This document shows, piece after piece, positions 43,123 to 46,331 of a stretch of DNA of 46,331 nucleotides; position 1 is the first letter of the stretch, and the number at the start of each line of letters is the position of its first letter. The stretch lies in IMG/VR virus record IMGVR_UViG_2877948078_000002. One strand, 5' to 3'. The notes below the pieces were generated by a model. That model did not search any database. It was given only the letters and a program-made list of their open reading frames with translations, and was not told the origin of the DNA. Position numbers and translations under genes: made by a program. This stretch comes from a virus. Lineage: Duplodnaviria > Heunggongvirae > Uroviricota > Caudoviricetes.

Positions 43123-43713
43123 TTATATGTCAGGTGTCTGAAGTTTTGCTTTGGCTCTTAAAATGGTTTGCCGCGAGGTTTTGAATTCCCGGGCAATGGC
43201 ACTTATACTTACACTTGACTTAATTCGTTCGAATACCACCTGTTTCTGTTCTTCATTTAACACAGGTGGTCGACCAAAACGTTTCCCTGCGCCGCGGGCT
43301 CTTACTATCCCGGAATGAGTGCGTTCAAGTAAAAGGTCTCGTTCAAATTCAGCAACTGCTGAAATTACTTGCATCATCATTTTTCCTGTTGGACTGGTCA
43401 AGTCAATGCCCCCCAATGCTAAGCAATGCACTCTGATACCTGTTTCGGTCAGTTGTTCCACTGTTTTCCTGATATCCATTGCATTACAACCAAGGCGATC
43501 CAGTTTTGTCACAATCAATTGATCACCACATTTCAGGCGAGCAAGCAACCGGTTAAAACTAGGACGCTCACTGGTTGCTGCTGAGCCGCTAATGTGTTCT
43601 TCGATTATTTGCTGAGGTTTGATTTTAAAACCTGCACTTTCGATTTCCCGGCGTTGATTTTCGGTGGTCTGATCCAGCGTTGATATCCGACAGTAAGCAA
43701 AAATTCGAGACAT
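43123..43713 (-). CDS. pin: Serine recombinase DNA invertase (Pin/Gin/Hin family)
   Basis: 196-aa product [20 protein letters not shown]… with catalytic Ser in the N-terminal motif and a C-terminal HTH; convergent with tfa. Confidence 0.9.
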   Translation of the reverse strand: MSRIFAYCRISTLDQTTENQRREIESAGFKIKPQQIIEEHISGSAATSERPSFNRLLARLKCGDQLIVTKLDRLGCNAMDIRKTVEQLTETGIRVHCLALGGIDLTSPTGKMMMQVISAVAEFERDLLLERTHSGIVRARGAGKRFGRPPVLNEEQKQVVFERIKSSVSISAIAREFKTSRQTILRAKAKLQTPDI

Positions 43714-44029
43714 AGTGAGACTCTATACGAAATTGGTGTTCATATCATAATGCATCTCAGAAAATAATTTTGATTATTTTTGTGCATATTTGTATGTACA
43801 CGTTCGAAAATAAACGAATGCGTATGCAACCCCGTAATTTTGGTGAGACCCAAAATCGATTTTGTGAAAAATGGCTTTAACTCGGTTTGTTTTTCGAGTT
43901 CTGGGCGGACTCAAGGAAGAAGAATAGTGTTTCGTGTTATTTTAACCAGATTTTAAGTTGTTTGGTCGTGGAAAAGTGGAGCAAAATGTTGTTAAAGTGG
44001 AAAAATGATAAAAAAGTAAGTTTATTATA

Positions 44030-44263
44030 TTACATTTTACCATTTAAATTTTGGTTGTCTTTAAGAACTGATATCGCTGTTTGTAATAATTCTTTGTTAT
44101 CCAGCCATGATTTTTTCTTTATGTTTCCTTCAATGTAATCAAGCAATGTTCTGGTATTGATAGGTCTTCCCTGTTTTGCTACTTCCACTACAGCATCCCC
44201 TAGGATAATTCTTACTTCAGGAAGCTGCGCAGGGAACCACTTTAGGGTGTCTTTTGATTTCAT
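44030..44263 (-). CDS. ydfK: YdfK-like small protein (77 aa)
   Basis: Internal ATG with AAGGAA Shine-Dalgarno gives 77 aa MKSKDTLKWFPAQLPEVRIILGDAVVEVAKQGRPINTRTLLDYIEG…, matching YdfK/YnaE as recalled. Confidence 0.6.
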   Translation of the reverse strand: MKSKDTLKWFPAQLPEVRIILGDAVVEVAKQGRPINTRTLLDYIEGNIKKKSWLDNKELLQTAISVLKDNQNLNGKM

Positions 44264-45047
44264 GAAGATATTCCTTAAAATATTATTGATTTTCATTGCG
44301 ATATTGTATGTCTGATTCAGGATATGTTGACTTATACATCGGTTTTGTCTGGGTTATTGGATATGCCAATCCCTAATTTTATTAGGGCATGACTAAAAAT
44401 GCTGAATATGATAAGGAGAGAAGTGATTATCAGTATGCTGTTCATATAGCCTCGAATTAGTAATGTGTTATATATGATATAGTTGACAATTTTTATCTTG
44501 GGTGTTCTTAAAGTTCGTAGATAAACATTGTCGTTTCAGGTATACAGGAATGCTAACAGGTGGCAGCAAAAATCAGGCGGTTATGGCGCAAGCTGAAGCG
44601 GCAACTGCAAACTATCTTATGCAGAGACTCTACACGGATTGGGTTTAAAAGTATACATAGATAACAGTTTTTATCTGAAAAAGAAAAATATCAAGGTGAT
44701 ATAGCCTATATGCCTTTGATGCGGAGGAATGAATGTGATGGGAGTGATGTATCTGAATAGTTGAAAAACCGCAGACACGCCTTATGCAAGAACGTGCTGC
44801 GGTTGGCTGGTAAATTTTTCGATAGTGTGAGTATTGAATGATTTCCAGCCGTTCTTGATTTTACGCATAAATCCATGAAAAAACTACTTATCTGTTGGGG
44901 AGTTTTTTTGGGGCATATATGGGACAGAAATAGGCCCCAGATAGACACTGAGATCGAACTTAGGATGCTTTTTAAAAAATGCAACTATCTGAAAAAACCT
45001 AGAAAACGCCAAGGAAACCACAGGATGGGAAAAAACACCTGTGAATT

Positions 45048-46331
45048 ATGGATTTCCAGTTATATTCGCTCGGCGCAGCGTTGGTGTTTCATGAAATATT
45101 TTTTCCTGAATCATCAACGGCAATGGCGTTAATTCTGGCAATGGGAACCTACGGTGCAGGTTATGTCGCGCGTATTGTCGGAGCATTTATTTTCGGCAAA
45201 ATGGGCGACAGAATAGGGCGTAAAAAAGTGCTCTTTATTACCATCACCATGATGGGGATCTGTACCACCTTAATTGGTGTGTTACCGACCTATGCACAGA
45301 TTGGTGTTTTTGCCCCCATCTTGCTGGTGACGCTGCGTATTATTCAGGGGTTGGGTGCAGGTGCGGAAATTTCCGGTGCCGGTACGATGCTGGCGGAATA
45401 TGCACCAAAAGGTAAGCGCGGAATTATCTCCTCATTTGTAGCTATGGGAACTAACTGCGGAACCTTGAGCGCAACGGCAATCTGGGCCTTTATGTTCTTC
45501 ATTCTCAGTAAAGAGGAACTGCTGGCGTGGGGATGGCGTATACCGTTCCTGGCGAGCGTTGTCGTGATGGTCTTTGCTATCTGGTTACGTATGAATCTGA
45601 AAGAAAGCCCGGTCTTTGAGAAGGTTAATGACAGCAACCAACCCACAGCAAAACCTGCACCTGCTGGTAGCATGTTCCAGAGCAAATCCTTCTGGCTGGC
45701 AACAGGGCTGCGTTTTGGTCAGGCGGGTAACTCCGGGTTAATTCAGACTTTCCTTGCAGGCTATTTAGTGCAGACGTTATTGTTTAACAAAGCAATTCCA
45801 ACAGATGCATTGATGATTAGTTCGATTCTCGGCTTTATGACCATTCCGTTCCTTGGTTGGTTATCCGATAAAATTGGTCGCCGGATCCCGTATATTATTA
45901 TGAATACCTCCGCGATTGTGCTGGCATGGCCAATGCTTTCTATCATTGTAGATAAAAGCTATGCCCCGAGCACCATTATGGTTGCACTGATTGTGATTCA
46001 TAACTGTGCGGTGCTGGGATTATTTGCTCTGGAAAACATTACCATGGCAGAAATGTTCGGCTGTAAAAACCGCTTTACCCGGATGGCTATTTCTAAAGAA
46101 ATTGGTGGTCTTATCGCTTCCGGTTTTGGTCCTATCCTGGCGGGTATTTTCTGCACCATGACGGAATCCTGGTATCCGATCGCCATTATGATCATGGCAT
46201 ATTCAGTAATTGGTTTAATCTCTGCGCTGAAAATGCCAGAGGTGAAAGACCGTGATTTAAGTGCGCTGGAAGACGCTGCGGAAGATCAACCGCGTGTTGT
46301 AAGAGCTGCGCAACCTTCCAGAAGTCTGTAA
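45048..46331 (+). CDS. ydfJ: MFS transporter YdfJ (metabolite:proton symporter family), probably N-terminally truncated by the prophage insertion
   Basis: 427-aa ORF with multiple transmembrane segments and MFS signature GKMGDRIGRKK; begins inside the conserved first transmembrane region with a stop codon directly upstream of the ATG. Confidence 0.8.
   Translation: MDFQLYSLGAALVFHEIFFPESSTAMALILAMGTYGAGYVARIVGAFIFGKMGDRIGRKKVLFITITMMGICTTLIGVLPTYAQIGVFAPILLVTLRIIQGLGAGAEISGAGTMLAEYAPKGKRGIISSFVAMGTNCGTLSATAIWAFMFFILSKEELLAWGWRIPFLASVVVMVFAIWLRMNLKESPVFEKVNDSNQPTAKPAPAGSMFQSKSFWLATGLRFGQAGNSGLIQTFLAGYLVQTLLFNKAIPTDALMISSILGFMTIPFLGWLSDKIGRRIPYIIMNTSAIVLAWPMLSIIVDKSYAPSTIMVALIVIHNCAVLGLFALENITMAEMFGCKNRFTRMAISKEIGGLIASGFGPILAGIFCTMTESWYPIAIMIMAYSVIGLISALKMPEVKDRDLSALEDAAEDQPRVVRAAQPSRSL

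Overview
The window is almost entirely one intact lambdoid prophage (about 45 kb) of the E. coli Qin/Kim type, ending inside the MFS transporter gene ydfJ at the right edge. Left to right: integrase and excisionase; a large protein with a C-terminal DEDDh exonuclease domain; the YdfD / DicB / DicF division-inhibition module; DicA/DicC immunity with palindromic operators; a replication initiator carrying an iteron array; an accessory (moron) locus; ydfU and antiterminator Q; the cspF/cspB/cspI cold-shock genes interleaved with the lysis cassette (holin, endolysin, Rz/Rz1); terminase, portal, a fused protease-scaffold-capsid gene and a lambda-like tail cluster (Z, U, V, G/GT, H, M, L, K, I, J); then lom, stf, tfa, pin and ydfK. 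The best candidate for an undescribed system is a markedly AT-rich 495-aa P-loop NTPase (8935..10422) with its own AT-rich upstream region, sitting next to a hok/sok type I toxin-antitoxin locus where K-12 Qin, as I recall it, carries relBE. Its Walker A motif is read directly from the translation, but I cannot assign it to a named defence family. All identifications rest on reading the supplied translations and DNA and on recalled K-12 and lambda sequences; no database search was run. I found no tRNA, rRNA or CRISPR array.
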